A stretch of 64,000 nucleotides of DNA from Planctomycetales bacterium (GTDB lineage Bacteria; 4484-113), in assembly GCA_037441675.1 (NCBI GenBank), contig JBBIRS010000001.1, positions 288,001-352,000 on the forward strand. The letters are read 5' to 3'. Positions 27,135 to 39,107 of this stretch are shown piece after piece (within the stretch, counting starts at the first letter, position 1; every line of letters begins with the position of its first letter). Under the pieces are notes generated by a model. It made no database searches, had not been told where the DNA came from, and worked only from the letters and a program-made list of their open reading frames with translations. The position numbers and the translations under genes were made by a program.

Positions 27135-28481
27135 ATGACTAAGGTAAACATCGGAGTATTAGTTTTCCTTCTGGGATGCATCCTGCTTCTTGGGTTAGCG
27201 GTGAGGAAGCAGAGGGCGCAGATAGATATGCTCCTATCCGCAGGCTTCCAAATGCCCGAAGAGAAGGGTGAAGCTGGCTTCATCTACATCGATCCGATGC
27301 ATCCCTGGATTACGAGCGACCGTCCTGGCACTGCTCCTGATTGCGGGATGGAGCTTATAAAGGTCACCGGCGAGGAAGCTCGGAAGATGCAGGAGGCGAT
27401 TAAAGCAGGAGCGGTTCAAGTTTCAGCTCCCGTGGTCAAGCGTGTTCTTGCCAACGTTGAGCTGACGAAAGTGCGGGAATTAGATTGGCGGGAGGAGATT
27501 GTCGTTGTTGGCTCAGTGGTCACGCCAACAGATCAGATTGTGAAGCTTGCAAGCTGGGTTGAGGGCAGAATTGACAAGCTTTATATTGAGCGCGTCGGCG
27601 ATTTCGTGAATAAGGGTGAGAAGCTGATGGAGATTTATAGCCCCACTCTGGTGCAAGCGCAGGAAGAATTTCTGACCGCGATACGCACAAAGGAAAGGAT
27701 GAAGACAGCAGGATATGAGGATTTGACGAAAAACACGGAGACACTTATTTCCTCTTCGGCGCGCAAGTTGAAGCTGTTGGGGATGACTGAGGCACAGATA
27801 AATGAGCTGGCGAAAACGGGCAAAGTTGTAGATAGGGTTATGGTTTACGCGCGGGATTCAGGTCTTGTTATGGACATAATGGCGCGGGAGGGGATGTACG
27901 TGATGATGGGCGAAAGCGTAATTGAGCTGGCTAATCTGAATCCCATTTGGGTTGAAATGGAGATTTATCAAGATGATGCCAAGAGGGTTAACATTGGAGA
28001 TGCGGTGGAGTTTCATCCCGTAGGTGATTCTGGAAGAATCTTTCATGGTCGCATCTTTGAGTTTGTCCCAATGCTAACTATGGAGAAGCGAACCCTGCTT
28101 GCGCGGGCTCGCCTCAGTAATCCGGGTTATCGCCTTCGTCCGGGAATGTTTGTTGATGGCAAGATAATCAAGGCTGGGAAAGAAAAGGTCCTTGCCATTC
28201 CGAGAAACGCAGTTTTAATTACAGGTAAAGGTGCGCGAGCCTGGATCCCAAGCCCAGGTTTACCGGATCAGTTTGAACCACGAGAGGTAAAAATTGGCAG
28301 AATCCTTGGTGATAATCGCGAGTACTACGAGGTAGTTGAGGGATTAAGGGCTGGGCAAACAGTGGTTGCCGGTGCGGTTTTCTTGCTTGATAGCGAGGCT
28401 CAGCTCTTGGTTGCAGCAGGGAAAACATCTGAAGAAGGGAAAACACCAGAAACCCAACAGGCAGTTGTCCATAAACACTAA
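27135..28481 (+). CDS. cusB: CusB-like RND periplasmic adaptor with heavy-metal-binding domain
   Basis: YIDPMHP...PGTAPDCGMEL, GRIDKL, IYSPTLVQAQEE, LRPGMF, FLLDSEAQL. Confidence 0.9.
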   Translation: MTKVNIGVLVFLLGCILLLGLAVRKQRAQIDMLLSAGFQMPEEKGEAGFIYIDPMHPWITSDRPGTAPDCGMELIKVTGEEARKMQEAIKAGAVQVSAPVVKRVLANVELTKVRELDWREEIVVVGSVVTPTDQIVKLASWVEGRIDKLYIERVGDFVNKGEKLMEIYSPTLVQAQEEFLTAIRTKERMKTAGYEDLTKNTETLISSSARKLKLLGMTEAQINELAKTGKVVDRVMVYARDSGLVMDIMAREGMYVMMGESVIELANLNPIWVEMEIYQDDAKRVNIGDAVEFHPVGDSGRIFHGRIFEFVPMLTMEKRTLLARARLSNPGYRLRPGMFVDGKIIKAGKEKVLAIPRNAVLITGKGARAWIPSPGLPDQFEPREVKIGRILGDNREYYEVVEGLRAGQTVVAGAVFLLDSEAQLLVAAGKTSEEGKTPETQQAVVHKH

Positions 28482-28647
28482 ACATTATATGGGATGGCAG
28501 ATTTCCGCTAAAAGTAGAACTTAGGAGCGGTTAAAAATTGGCTTGAGAATTTGAGTATTTGCTCGTGATAATAGCAATCGTAAAGTTTAACTTCTCAAGC
28601 GCTATTTTATTCTTTCAAAGGAAATGGCATTGCAACAGGAGTAGGAA

Positions 28648-31600
28648 TTGATTGAAGCGGTAATAGATTATTGTTCGCGCAACAGGTTCTTAGTGATACT
28701 TATTTACGCATTGCTCGTAGCCTACGGCATTCATTCGGTAGTGAACACACCGCTGGATGCGCTTCCTGATTTATCCGAAAATCAGGTCATAATCTATACA
28801 GAGTATCCAGGTCAGTCACCCTATACGGTGGAGGATCAAGTAACATACCCACTGGAAACTGCGATGATGGGGCTTCCGCACGTGAAGGATGTTCGCGGTC
28901 AGTCCAACTTTGGTTTCTCCTTTGTTTACATTATTTTTGATGATAAGGTGAACTTCTACTGGGCGAGGACTCGCGTTCTGGAAAGGTTGAACGCCGTGCA
29001 GAATCAGCTCCCGAGTGGAGTGGTTCCACAATTGGGGCCCGAGGGAACAGGTGTGGGGCACGTGCTCTGGTATATTCTTCGGGGTGATAATTATGACCTA
29101 GCGAAACTTAGGAGCATTCAGGATTGGTACATCCGCTACCAGCTTGCTAGCGTTGATGGCGTAGCAGAAGTTGCAAGCATCGGAGGTTTCGTTCGGGAGT
29201 ATCAAGTTGACCTAGATCCGGCGAAACTGCGCGCGTATGGAGTATCAACCGAGATGGTAAGCATGGCGGTTGAAAAGGCGAACCAGGAGGCTGGGGGAAG
29301 AATTCTGGAGCAGAGCAACGTGGAATATTTCATCCGCGGGAAAGGCTACATTCGTGGAGTAGGAGACATTGAAAACATAGTTGTGATGACAAGTATGACC
29401 GGCGTTCCAATCCTGATCAAGCATCTGGGCACGGTTCAGCTCGGAACTGGAATGAGGGATGGATTGCTAGATATGAACGGTGAAGGCGAAGTCGTAGGCG
29501 GAATCATCGTGATGCGGTATGGCGAAAATGCTAAGCAAGTGATAGACAGAGTAAAGAAAAAAATTGAACAACTTGAACGCGGTCTGCCCAAAGGCATAAG
29601 TATTGAGATTATCTACGATAGGAGCGGGTTAATTGAGCGCTCAGTTCATACACTGAAAAAGGCGCTCATTGAAGAATCAATCATAGTCTCCTTCATCATC
29701 TTAGTTTTCCTGATGCATTTTCCGAGCGCGTTGGTAGTTATTCTCACGCTTCCAATTGCGGTTCTCATCGCGTTCATCTCTATGCGTCACCTTGGGATTA
29801 CGAGCAACATTATGAGCCTTGGCGGAGTTGCCATTTCCATTGGCGTCCTCGTGGACGCGTCAATCGTTCTCGTGGAAAATGCTTATCGGCAACTGGCTGA
29901 AGCGCAGGATAAAGGTCCCGTTAGCCCCGCGGAGAGAGTTGAGATAGTAATTAGGGCTGGAATGCAGGTTGGTAGGGCGATATTCTTCTCTTTAATTATA
30001 ATTGTTCTTTCCTTTTTACCACTTTTCTTCCTAACGGGAATGGAGGGAAAACTTTTTCAGCCACTCGCCTACACGAAGACCTTCACTATGTTTGGAGCAA
30101 CGATTATTGGAGTAACTCTAACGCCGGCTCTAATGATTATTTTTGTTCGTGGAAGATTAATACCTCAGTGGAAAAATCCCCTGACTGCCTTCTTTGATTG
30201 GATTTATGAACCAATTGTGAAATGGTCACTTCGTTTTGGATGGATAACCATCCTAGTGGCAGTCCTCATTATGGTGGGCACTTGGCCAATCTACAAGAAG
30301 CTGGGTCACGAGTTTATGCCTAATCTTAACGAGGGTGAGCTACTCTTTATGCCCACGCTCTTCCCGAATGCGTCCATCAACGAGGTCAAGCGCGTTACGC
30401 AAGTGCAGGACAAACTGTTGATGTCCCATCCGCAGGTGACTCGTGTGCTTGGCAAGGTTGGGCGAGCCAACACCGCGACCGATCCCGCGCCCGTAGAGAT
30501 GGTGGAAACCATTGTTCAGCTGACCGACCCGAAAACCTGGCCCCGCGGGAAAACGATAAACGACATCCGAAGCGATTTAGACAAACTGGTAAAAATCCCC
30601 GGCATCACGAATGCGTGGACAATGCCAATCATAAACAGGATTCAGATGCTCTCAACCGGCGTGAGAACAGACGTTGGTATCAAGATTTACGGCGATAACC
30701 TAGACGTTCTCGGAAGGCTTGCTCTTCAGGCGGAAGAGATTGCACGTAAAGTGCCCGGAACAGCGGACATCTTTGCGGAGCGTGTTGTGGGAGGCCGCTA
30801 CATCAACATTGAGGTAGACCGCGAATCCGCTTCTCGTTACGGCGTTAATGTTGAAGATGTTCAAATGGTCATCAACTCCGCAATCGGAGGAATGTCTCAG
30901 ACAACAACCATAGAGGGGCGCGAACGCTATCCCGTCCGCATCAGGTACTACCGCGACTTAAGAAACGATATTGAGGAGTTGATGGACGTTTTGGTGGAAA
31001 CGCCGATGCACGGTTTAGTTCCGCTAAGGCTCTTGGCTAAGGTGAATTATCAAGACGGTCCGCCGATGATATCTAGCGAGAATGGGTTGTTGCGTTCTCT
31101 TGTATTTTTGAACATTCGAGGCAGAGACCTCGGCAGTACGGTCACAGATTTGGAGAAGGCGCTAAAGGCGGAGCTTAAACTTCCACCTGGTTATTACTTC
31201 AGAATTAGCGGGCAGTGGGAAAATCAACTTCGCGCGAGGAAGACGCTCTCAGTTGTTGTGCCTATGGCAATGTTGGTAATTTTTTTACTTCTCTATCTCA
31301 CGTTTTACAACGTGGTGGATACTCTAATGGTGATGCTTTCGGTGCCATTTGCCCTTGTTGGCGGTGTGATAATGCTCTCCCATTTTCAATACAACATTTC
31401 TGTTGCAGTTATGGTGGGATTTATCGCTCTCTTTGGCGTAGCGGTGGAGACAGGAGTAGTTATGCTCGTGTATCTGAACGAGGCGCTGGACAGGCGGATT
31501 TTGAGTGGCGTTTTGATAACGCCACAGGTTATTCGGGAAGCGGCATATGAAGGTGCCGCCTTGAGGCTAAGGCCAAAACTGATGACAGTTAGCGCAGCCT

Positions 31601-31797
31601 TACTCGGACTTCTTCCCGTCCTCTGGGCTACTGGAACTGGCAGTGATGTAATGAAGCCCATCGCGGTTCCTATTATCGGTGGAATGATTAGCTCATCTAT
31701 CTTAGTGCTAATAGTAATTCCAGTCCTCTTTGTTCTTGTGCGTGTGATTCAGCTCAAAGTATCAGGTAAATTAAAACTTTCAGTTGGTGGACACTAG
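28648..31797 (+). CDS. cusA: CusA-like Cu(I)/Ag(I) heavy-metal RND transporter
   Basis: PLDALPDLSENQVII, EDQVTYPL; Met triad contexts GELLFMP, DPAPVEMVET, NRIQMLSTG; RLRPKLMT. Confidence 0.93.
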   Translation: MIEAVIDYCSRNRFLVILIYALLVAYGIHSVVNTPLDALPDLSENQVIIYTEYPGQSPYTVEDQVTYPLETAMMGLPHVKDVRGQSNFGFSFVYIIFDDKVNFYWARTRVLERLNAVQNQLPSGVVPQLGPEGTGVGHVLWYILRGDNYDLAKLRSIQDWYIRYQLASVDGVAEVASIGGFVREYQVDLDPAKLRAYGVSTEMVSMAVEKANQEAGGRILEQSNVEYFIRGKGYIRGVGDIENIVVMTSMTGVPILIKHLGTVQLGTGMRDGLLDMNGEGEVVGGIIVMRYGENAKQVIDRVKKKIEQLERGLPKGISIEIIYDRSGLIERSVHTLKKALIEESIIVSFIILVFLMHFPSALVVILTLPIAVLIAFISMRHLGITSNIMSLGGVAISIGVLVDASIVLVENAYRQLAEAQDKGPVSPAERVEIVIRAGMQVGRAIFFSLIIIVLSFLPLFFLTGMEGKLFQPLAYTKTFTMFGATIIGVTLTPALMIIFVRGRLIPQWKNPLTAFFDWIYEPIVKWSLRFGWITILVAVLIMVGTWPIYKKLGHEFMPNLNEGELLFMPTLFPNASINEVKRVTQVQDKLLMSHPQVTRVLGKVGRANTATDPAPVEMVETIVQLTDPKTWPRGKTINDIRSDLDKLVKIPGITNAWTMPIINRIQMLSTGVRTDVGIKIYGDNLDVLGRLALQAEEIARKVPGTADIFAERVVGGRYINIEVDRESASRYGVNVEDVQMVINSAIGGMSQTTTIEGRERYPVRIRYYRDLRNDIEELMDVLVETPMHGLVPLRLLAKVNYQDGPPMISSENGLLRSLVFLNIRGRDLGSTVTDLEKALKAELKLPPGYYFRISGQWENQLRARKTLSVVVPMAMLVIFLLLYLTFYNVVDTLMVMLSVPFALVGGVIMLSHFQYNISVAVMVGFIALFGVAVETGVVMLVYLNEALDRRILSGVLITPQVIREAAYEGAALRLRPKLMTVSAALLGLLPVLWATGTGSDVMKPIAVPIIGGMISSSILVLIVIPVLFVLVRVIQLKVSGKLKLSVGGH

Positions 31798-31872
31798 TCC
31801 CTTCAGTGCGTAAAATGTTCAGTTAGATGAAATATAGCGGGATACAATCTGCCTTAAAAACATTGGACTTAC

Positions 31873-32061
31873 CTACTCAGCCAAGTATATTATGGTTTGT
31901 CCTGGCGTAAAGCTGTGTTTCGTATCTAAACTACAAACGATTAACTTTCCGTTTTCTCCGATTATTAAAAGCGGGAATGTGTTTTCCTTGATATTTGCCC
32001 AACAATTTCTAGTAGTGAGATTCTTTATGGGGTATTTAAGCTGGTGCTGGCAGGCGGTCAT
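31873..32061 (-). pseudogene. short remnant resembling the C-terminus of an NhaP-type cation:proton antiporter
   Basis: FPLLIIGENGKLIV...FTPGQTIIYL; adjacent frame gives a plausible continuation broken by a stop. Confidence 0.35.
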
Positions 32062-32090
32062 TATTTAATCAACTTAAATCTGCGCGCTCT

Positions 32091-33182
32091 CTATCTTTTG
32101 CTTTCTCCTTTCATATAAATGGTTCTTATTGGGAAAGGAATCTCTATACCTTCTTCACTGAACCTTTGGTGGAGCCTTTTTATGAACTCGTGCCTGAGAA
32201 TGAACTGCTCGGAGAACTCTTTTGCCCAAAGAATAACAGTGAAGTCAATGCTGGACTCACCAAAGCTATGGAACCGAACCGTCGGCTCAAAACCGTCAGC
32301 CCCGGCTTGAACTTGGCTCATCACTTGTTTTGCGGTCTCAAGGGTCACCTGTTCCACCTTCTCTAAGTCACTCCCGTATGAGACGCCCACTTTAATCAGA
32401 ACTGACAGTTCAGGTTCAGGTCTGTGAAAGTTGGTGATAATTGAGCTGGCAAGCTTTGAGTTTGGAATTATGACTAAATTGTTAGCAAGCTGTCGGATAG
32501 TTGTGTTTCTCCAGGAGATATCAGTAACAAAACCTTCTTCGCCAGAATCAAGCTTAATGTAATCTCCAGGGATAACCTGTTTGTTAAGAATAATCTGTAA
32601 GCCCGCGAAGAGATTAGAAAGCGTATCCCGAAGGGCGAGCGCTACCGCTAAACCGCCAACACCCAGTGCAGTCAGGATTGGCGTTATTGAAATTCCAAGG
32701 GTCTGCAGAAATACCAGCAATCCGATTGAAAATACCAAGATGTAAGTCAAGTTTGCGAGGATTGACGCAGAGGGTAGGGCGGATTCAAGGTTCTTCGTGT
32801 AAATTCGCATAAACTCAACACTCAACCGAGTCAAGCCAAGTGTTGCCGAAAGAATTAACAGAATGAGTATAAATTTATGTAAGTAAGTAGCTAGCTTAGG
32901 TTCAAGCGGAAAAATGACGGAGGCAAAGTATACGCCTGCAAGTAAGAACCAGAGAAAAAGTAGCCATTTAGAGGAGCGGAAAATCGCCTCGCCCCATTTC
33001 CAACCAAATTTCCTAGCAATTCTTCTAAGCCACTTCGAGAAAATTATCTCAAAAATTACTCCAGCCAAAACGCTAAAGAAGATTACCGAAACTGCGACCA
33101 TCCAGATTTCAATGGTTAAAGCGCCAATGCGAATCATTACTTCCTGAGCGTATTTTATCATTGAGAGGCTAGTGAACTGCAA
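32091..33182 (-). CDS. small-conductance mechanosensitive channel (MscS family)
   Basis: LGVGGLAVALALRDTLSNLFAG, PGDYI, IPNSKL, GVSYGSD, GIEIPFP. Confidence 0.93.
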   Translation of the reverse strand: MQFTSLSMIKYAQEVMIRIGALTIEIWMVAVSVIFFSVLAGVIFEIIFSKWLRRIARKFGWKWGEAIFRSSKWLLFLWFLLAGVYFASVIFPLEPKLATYLHKFILILLILSATLGLTRLSVEFMRIYTKNLESALPSASILANLTYILVFSIGLLVFLQTLGISITPILTALGVGGLAVALALRDTLSNLFAGLQIILNKQVIPGDYIKLDSGEEGFVTDISWRNTTIRQLANNLVIIPNSKLASSIITNFHRPEPELSVLIKVGVSYGSDLEKVEQVTLETAKQVMSQVQAGADGFEPTVRFHSFGESSIDFTVILWAKEFSEQFILRHEFIKRLHQRFSEEGIEIPFPIRTIYMKGESKR

Positions 33183-33236
33183 ATTCCCGCCAGGTCCCGA
33201 TTAAGCGAGCAGAAGTGGCAAGGTGTATGAGTGGCT

Positions 33237-35444
33237 TCACAGCTTGCCAAGTAAATCCTCAAAGGCTTTAACATCCGTTACTGGCTTTTCGCATGCGTAA
33301 TTTTTGCACACATAAGCGGTTGGTTTTCCATCTATTGTTCCTAGCGCTTCGGTAAAGGGCGCGACATATGAGAGTCGCTCACCCTTCTCCTTAGAGTTTT
33401 CCTTAACTATTACAACTTTGTTTGGAATGTAGTGTTTGCGCAAGGTGCTGAGTAGCTTTTCAGTATTCTCGTGCCCATCATCGATGACAATCACAATCTC
33501 ATAGCTATCGCTAATTGCAGATTCCACCGCGGAAAGCATATAAATAAATCCACTAGGCGCCTTAGAAACCATTGCGGAGAAGGCCTTTGAAATTTTGCTT
33601 GCCATTTTTTCCTAATCAGAATTTCCGGTAATTCTTCCGATCCTTAAAAGGTTCATCATCGCAACCGAGTTGCCAGACGGTATTGCGCCATCATAGGCTA
33701 CCTTCCTTCTTGATAAAACGGTCTCTGCATCCTCCGCAGTTAGAAAAAATCCTCCCTTCTCCTCATCCCAGAATTGTTCTATCATGCGCTTATTTACATC
33801 AATTGCGCTCTCAAGGGAAGAAACCTCAAAGGTAGCCTCGTAAAGCTCTAGCAACCCCCACACAAGAAATGCGTAGTCATCAAGCATGCCGGGTATTTCC
33901 GCTCTGCCGTCTCTAAATCGGTGGAGCAACGCTTTCTCTTTCGTTCGCATATTAGTAAGAATAAAATTTGCCGAATTTCTTGCGGAATTTATGTAATCCT
34001 GGTTTGCAAAGGCTCAACCAGCTCTTGCCAATCCCGCAATCATCAAGCCATTCCAATCTGTGAGGATTTTATCGTCCTTGAATGGTCTTATGCGTTTATT
34101 CCTAATTGCAAAAAGTTTCTTCTTCATCTCGCTGATCTGTATCTTTAGCTCTTGCTCCTTCAACCCTAGCTCTAGCGCCAAATCCGCTAAGGGCTTTTTC
34201 ATAAAAAGCACGTTAGAGCCTGTTCTTCTTTGTGTTGCCTCTTCAAGGTAATTCCCATCTGGTTCAAGATTGAATATACTGGCAAATAGTGCTCCATCCT
34301 CTTCGCCTAAAGTTTCTTTTACTTCATTAAATCGCCAGAGGTAGAACTTGCCCTCTTCACCCTCAGAATCCGCGTCCTCTGCCGAATAGAACCCTCCTTC
34401 GGGAGAGGTCATCTCCCTTAGAACATAGTCCGCGGTTTCAGTTGCAATCTCCGCGAATTTCTGCTCCTTTGTGGCTTCAAAGGCTTCGGTGTATGCAAGG
34501 ATGTGCATCGCCTGGTCATAAAGCATCTTCTCAAAGTGTGGAAGCCTCCAACTAGAATCTGTTGAATACCGATGAAATCCTCCAAGAAGATGGTCGTAAA
34601 TTCCGCCAAGCCTCATCGCGTCTAAGGTTTCAATCGCCATTGATTTCGCCTTCTCCTCGCCCGTTCGCTTCCAGTATCTTAATAGGAAGATGAGCGTATG
34701 CGGGCTTGGGAATTTGGGAGCGTTTCCGAAACCCTTATGCAATTTATCAAAACTTCCCTGAAGCTGATCGTAGGCGAGTTGAATGGTTTCACTGCCCAGC
34801 TCAAAGGCGAACGGCGGACTTTCATCCCGAGAGAGCAACTCCGTTATCTGGCTAGCAGACCTTTCCACATCCGCTCTTCTGGTGCGCCAAATTTCTTGAA
34901 CCTGCGGAATAAGTTCTAACATCCCAATTCGTCCAAATCGGCTCTCCTTCGGGAAGTAAGTTCCCGCGAAGAATGGCTTCTTATCAGGCGTGAGTATGAT
35001 AGTCAAAGGCCAACCTCCACTTCCTGTGAGCATCAGGCAAACGGTCATATAAACATCATCAATATCAGGCCTTTCTTCGCGGTCAACCTTAATGTTGATA
35101 AAGGCTTCATTCATCAATTTTGCAACTTCCGCATCCTCAAAACTTTCCTTTTCCATTACATGACAACAGTGGCAGGTGGAGTATCCAATTGAGAGAAAAA
35201 TTGGCTTGTCCCCTGCCTTGGCTTTTTCAAACGCCTCTTCTCCCCATGGATACCAATTCACCGGATTGTCCGCGTGCTGAAGTAAATAGGGGCTCTTTTC
35301 ATTTGCAAGTTTGTTGCGCCCCATTTTGCCCATTTCATGTTTTCTTGAAAGAGCCATTACAATGGCTATTATTACCCCTAGATGAAATATTGTGATACAA
35401 CATATCAAAAAGAGCGGTATCCGGAACTTAGAAATGCTCTGCAC
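33237..35444 (-). pseudogene. thioredoxin-domain DUF255/YyaL (SPATA20-like) protein interrupted by two in-frame stops (likely start about 35333)
   Basis: [73 protein letters not shown]; the three ORFs share one frame, split by TGA 34014-34016 and TAG 33612-33614. Confidence 0.85.
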
Positions 35445-35860
35445 AAGTAAGTCAACCTTATGACTTTACAGCTTAGTATACCTTGGTGGGGGTAATATTA
35501 ATTGAAACGAGGTTTCAAATAGAAAAAATTCATCTTCTTAATACACACAATTCACTCTACTTTTTACTAGATAGGATAAGTCTTTGCCTGCACTTCCCGA
35601 AACAAGGCTAAAGCACGAGAACGCCTACTTTTATGATTGTAAAGTCTGTAAAGCCAATTTCTATCCACTTCTCCGCAAAAGGATCATCCTTCTTAGAGAA
35701 CGCTCAAATGAATGTGGCACATAAACCGAGATTGTCCTTTTATCACTTGCAATGCGGAAGTAACGGTATTACGGTAGTGAAGGAGTTTTGTTCTATACGG
35801 CTCTATTCGAAAATCAAAGGATTTCGCGTAAATTATCTTAATAGAGATAGCGAAGAAAGG

Positions 35861-37162
35861 TTATTTATCATTAATTTTCGTACTTCTATCAACGAGGGAA
35901 ACCTCAGCGCCCAGAGCTAAAAGTTTTTCCAAAAAGTTCTCGTATCCTCTTTCTAAGTGTTCAAAGCCATTGACGATTGATTTGCCCTTTGCCATAAGTG
36001 CGGCGATGACGAGTGCTGCGCAGCCCCTAATGTCAGTGCCCTGAACGGGAGCTCCAGTAAGCTTATCCGTGGAGCCATGAATTGTCGCCTTACTTCCTCC
36101 TAATTCTATCTTAGCGCCCATTCGTTGAAGTTCCGGAACATAAGAGAATCTCTGCGGGAATATCTCATCTGTAACGCTTGAAACGCCACTTGCTTTAGTT
36201 AATAGCGCCACCGTTTGGGGTTGTAGGTCAGTGGGGAAGCCAGGGTAAGGATGGGTATGGATAATCATTGGTGAGAAGGTCTCAGGTCCCTTTACCCAAA
36301 TCTCTCTCTCGCCTATCTCAATAGGAATACCACTATCAGAAAGTTTATCCAAAAAGGTCGTAAGATGGTGGGGGTTGCAATTAATAACCTTGCCCTCTCC
36401 AGCTGTGCTAGCGATAGCGAGGATATAAGTTCCTGCTTCAATTCTATCTGGAATTATCCTGTAGGGAGATTTCTGCGAAAGCTCTTTCACGCCTCTAATA
36501 ACTAGCCTTCTTGAGCCAGCCTTCTCAATATCCGCTCCCATTGAGATAAGAAAATTTACGAGGTCTTCAACCTCCGGCTCTTCCGCGCAATTTTCCAAAA
36601 CGGTAGTTCCCTCTGCAAACACTGCGGACATCAGGACGTTTTCAGTTGCACCCACGGATGGGATGTTGAAAGCCACTGTTGCTCCGACAAGTTTCTTCGC
36701 GCTGGCATGAACTATACCTTTATCAAGATCAACATTTGCGCCGAGCTGTTTCATCGCTTCCGTATGTTCTGAGACAGGTCTAGGACCGATGTTGCATCCC
36801 CCGGGCAGTGGAACGCTAGCCTTCTTGAACCGCGCAAGTAAAGGACCTAGCACAAGGAAACTGGCGCGCATTCTTCTCACAAATTCGTAGGATGCGGAAT
36901 AACTATTAACCTTAGTTGGGTCAATTGTTACTGTGCCGTTGTTAAACTCGCATCTTGCTCCCAATGCAGTTAAAACCTCAATTATCCAATAAACATCCTT
37001 TAGTAGTGGGATGTTTTCCAAAACGACTGTATTTGAAGACAGAAGACTTCCACAAATTATAGGAAGCGCGGAGTTCTTAGCTCCAGAAATAGCGACAGTT
37101 CCCTTAAGAGGTTTTCCACCTTCTACCAGAATTGCACTTCCTGAATTTACGCTTTTTACCAA
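35861..37162 (-). CDS. murA: UDP-N-acetylglucosamine 1-carboxyvinyltransferase
   Basis: SGAKNSALP, MRASF, LPGGCNIG, SVGATEN, PDRIEAGTY, PYPGFPTDLQ. Confidence 0.97.
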   Translation of the reverse strand: MVKSVNSGSAILVEGGKPLKGTVAISGAKNSALPIICGSLLSSNTVVLENIPLLKDVYWIIEVLTALGARCEFNNGTVTIDPTKVNSYSASYEFVRRMRASFLVLGPLLARFKKASVPLPGGCNIGPRPVSEHTEAMKQLGANVDLDKGIVHASAKKLVGATVAFNIPSVGATENVLMSAVFAEGTTVLENCAEEPEVEDLVNFLISMGADIEKAGSRRLVIRGVKELSQKSPYRIIPDRIEAGTYILAIASTAGEGKVINCNPHHLTTFLDKLSDSGIPIEIGEREIWVKGPETFSPMIIHTHPYPGFPTDLQPQTVALLTKASGVSSVTDEIFPQRFSYVPELQRMGAKIELGGSKATIHGSTDKLTGAPVQGTDIRGCAALVIAALMAKGKSIVNGFEHLERGYENFLEKLLALGAEVSLVDRSTKINDK

Positions 37163-37171
37163 AGCCTCCGC

Positions 37172-37615
37172 CTACTCAATAAGTTTAGACCTTTCCCCTC
37201 TTTGGGCAACTCGCAAGCGATTGAGTGCCTTTCTTAGGGCTACTTCAGCCCTTTCAGTTTCAACCTGCGAAAACTTCTTCGAGAGTCTTTCCCTTGCTTC
37301 TTCTAAATCCCTTGTTGCCCTTGCTACGTCAATATCTTCCTTAAACTCAGCAGCATCGCAGAGAATTAGAACTTCATTCCTAGTTACCTCCATAAATCCA
37401 CCAGCCACCGCCAATGAGACAATGTGATCATCCGGTGTGCGAAGGAGGATTTCGCCGACATCCAGTGCCGCAACCATAGGAGCGTGATTCTTCAGAACGC
37501 CAAGATACCCATCAACAGCTGGGCAAACAAGTGAAACCGCTGTGTGTCTGAATAGCTCTCCATCAGGGGAGATTATTCTCACAAGAAAGCCCGTCTCGTT
37601 TTGCACCTTAGACAT
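37172..37615 (-). CDS. atpC: ATP synthase epsilon subunit
   Basis: IISPD, GYLGVLKNHAP, GGFMEV, IDVARA. Confidence 0.95.
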   Translation of the reverse strand: MSKVQNETGFLVRIISPDGELFRHTAVSLVCPAVDGYLGVLKNHAPMVAALDVGEILLRTPDDHIVSLAVAGGFMEVTRNEVLILCDAAEFKEDIDVARATRDLEEARERLSKKFSQVETERAEVALRKALNRLRVAQRGERSKLIE

Positions 37616-37620
37616 TTTCC

Positions 37621-39099
<1,479 letters not shown>

Positions 39100-39107
39100 T
39101 TATCCTG

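Noticed and set aside
33612..34016. Selenocysteine/pyrrolysine or alternative genetic code at the in-frame TGA and TAG
   Set aside because: Positions are not catalytic Cys-equivalent sites, no obvious SECIS hairpin follows, and both codons terminate normal genes in this window
35445..35920. ORF 35633..35920 or an ncRNA in the 400-bp gap downstream of murA
   Set aside because: No SD, no motif, overlaps the murA end, and no convincing structure; may be decayed coding DNA but unsupported
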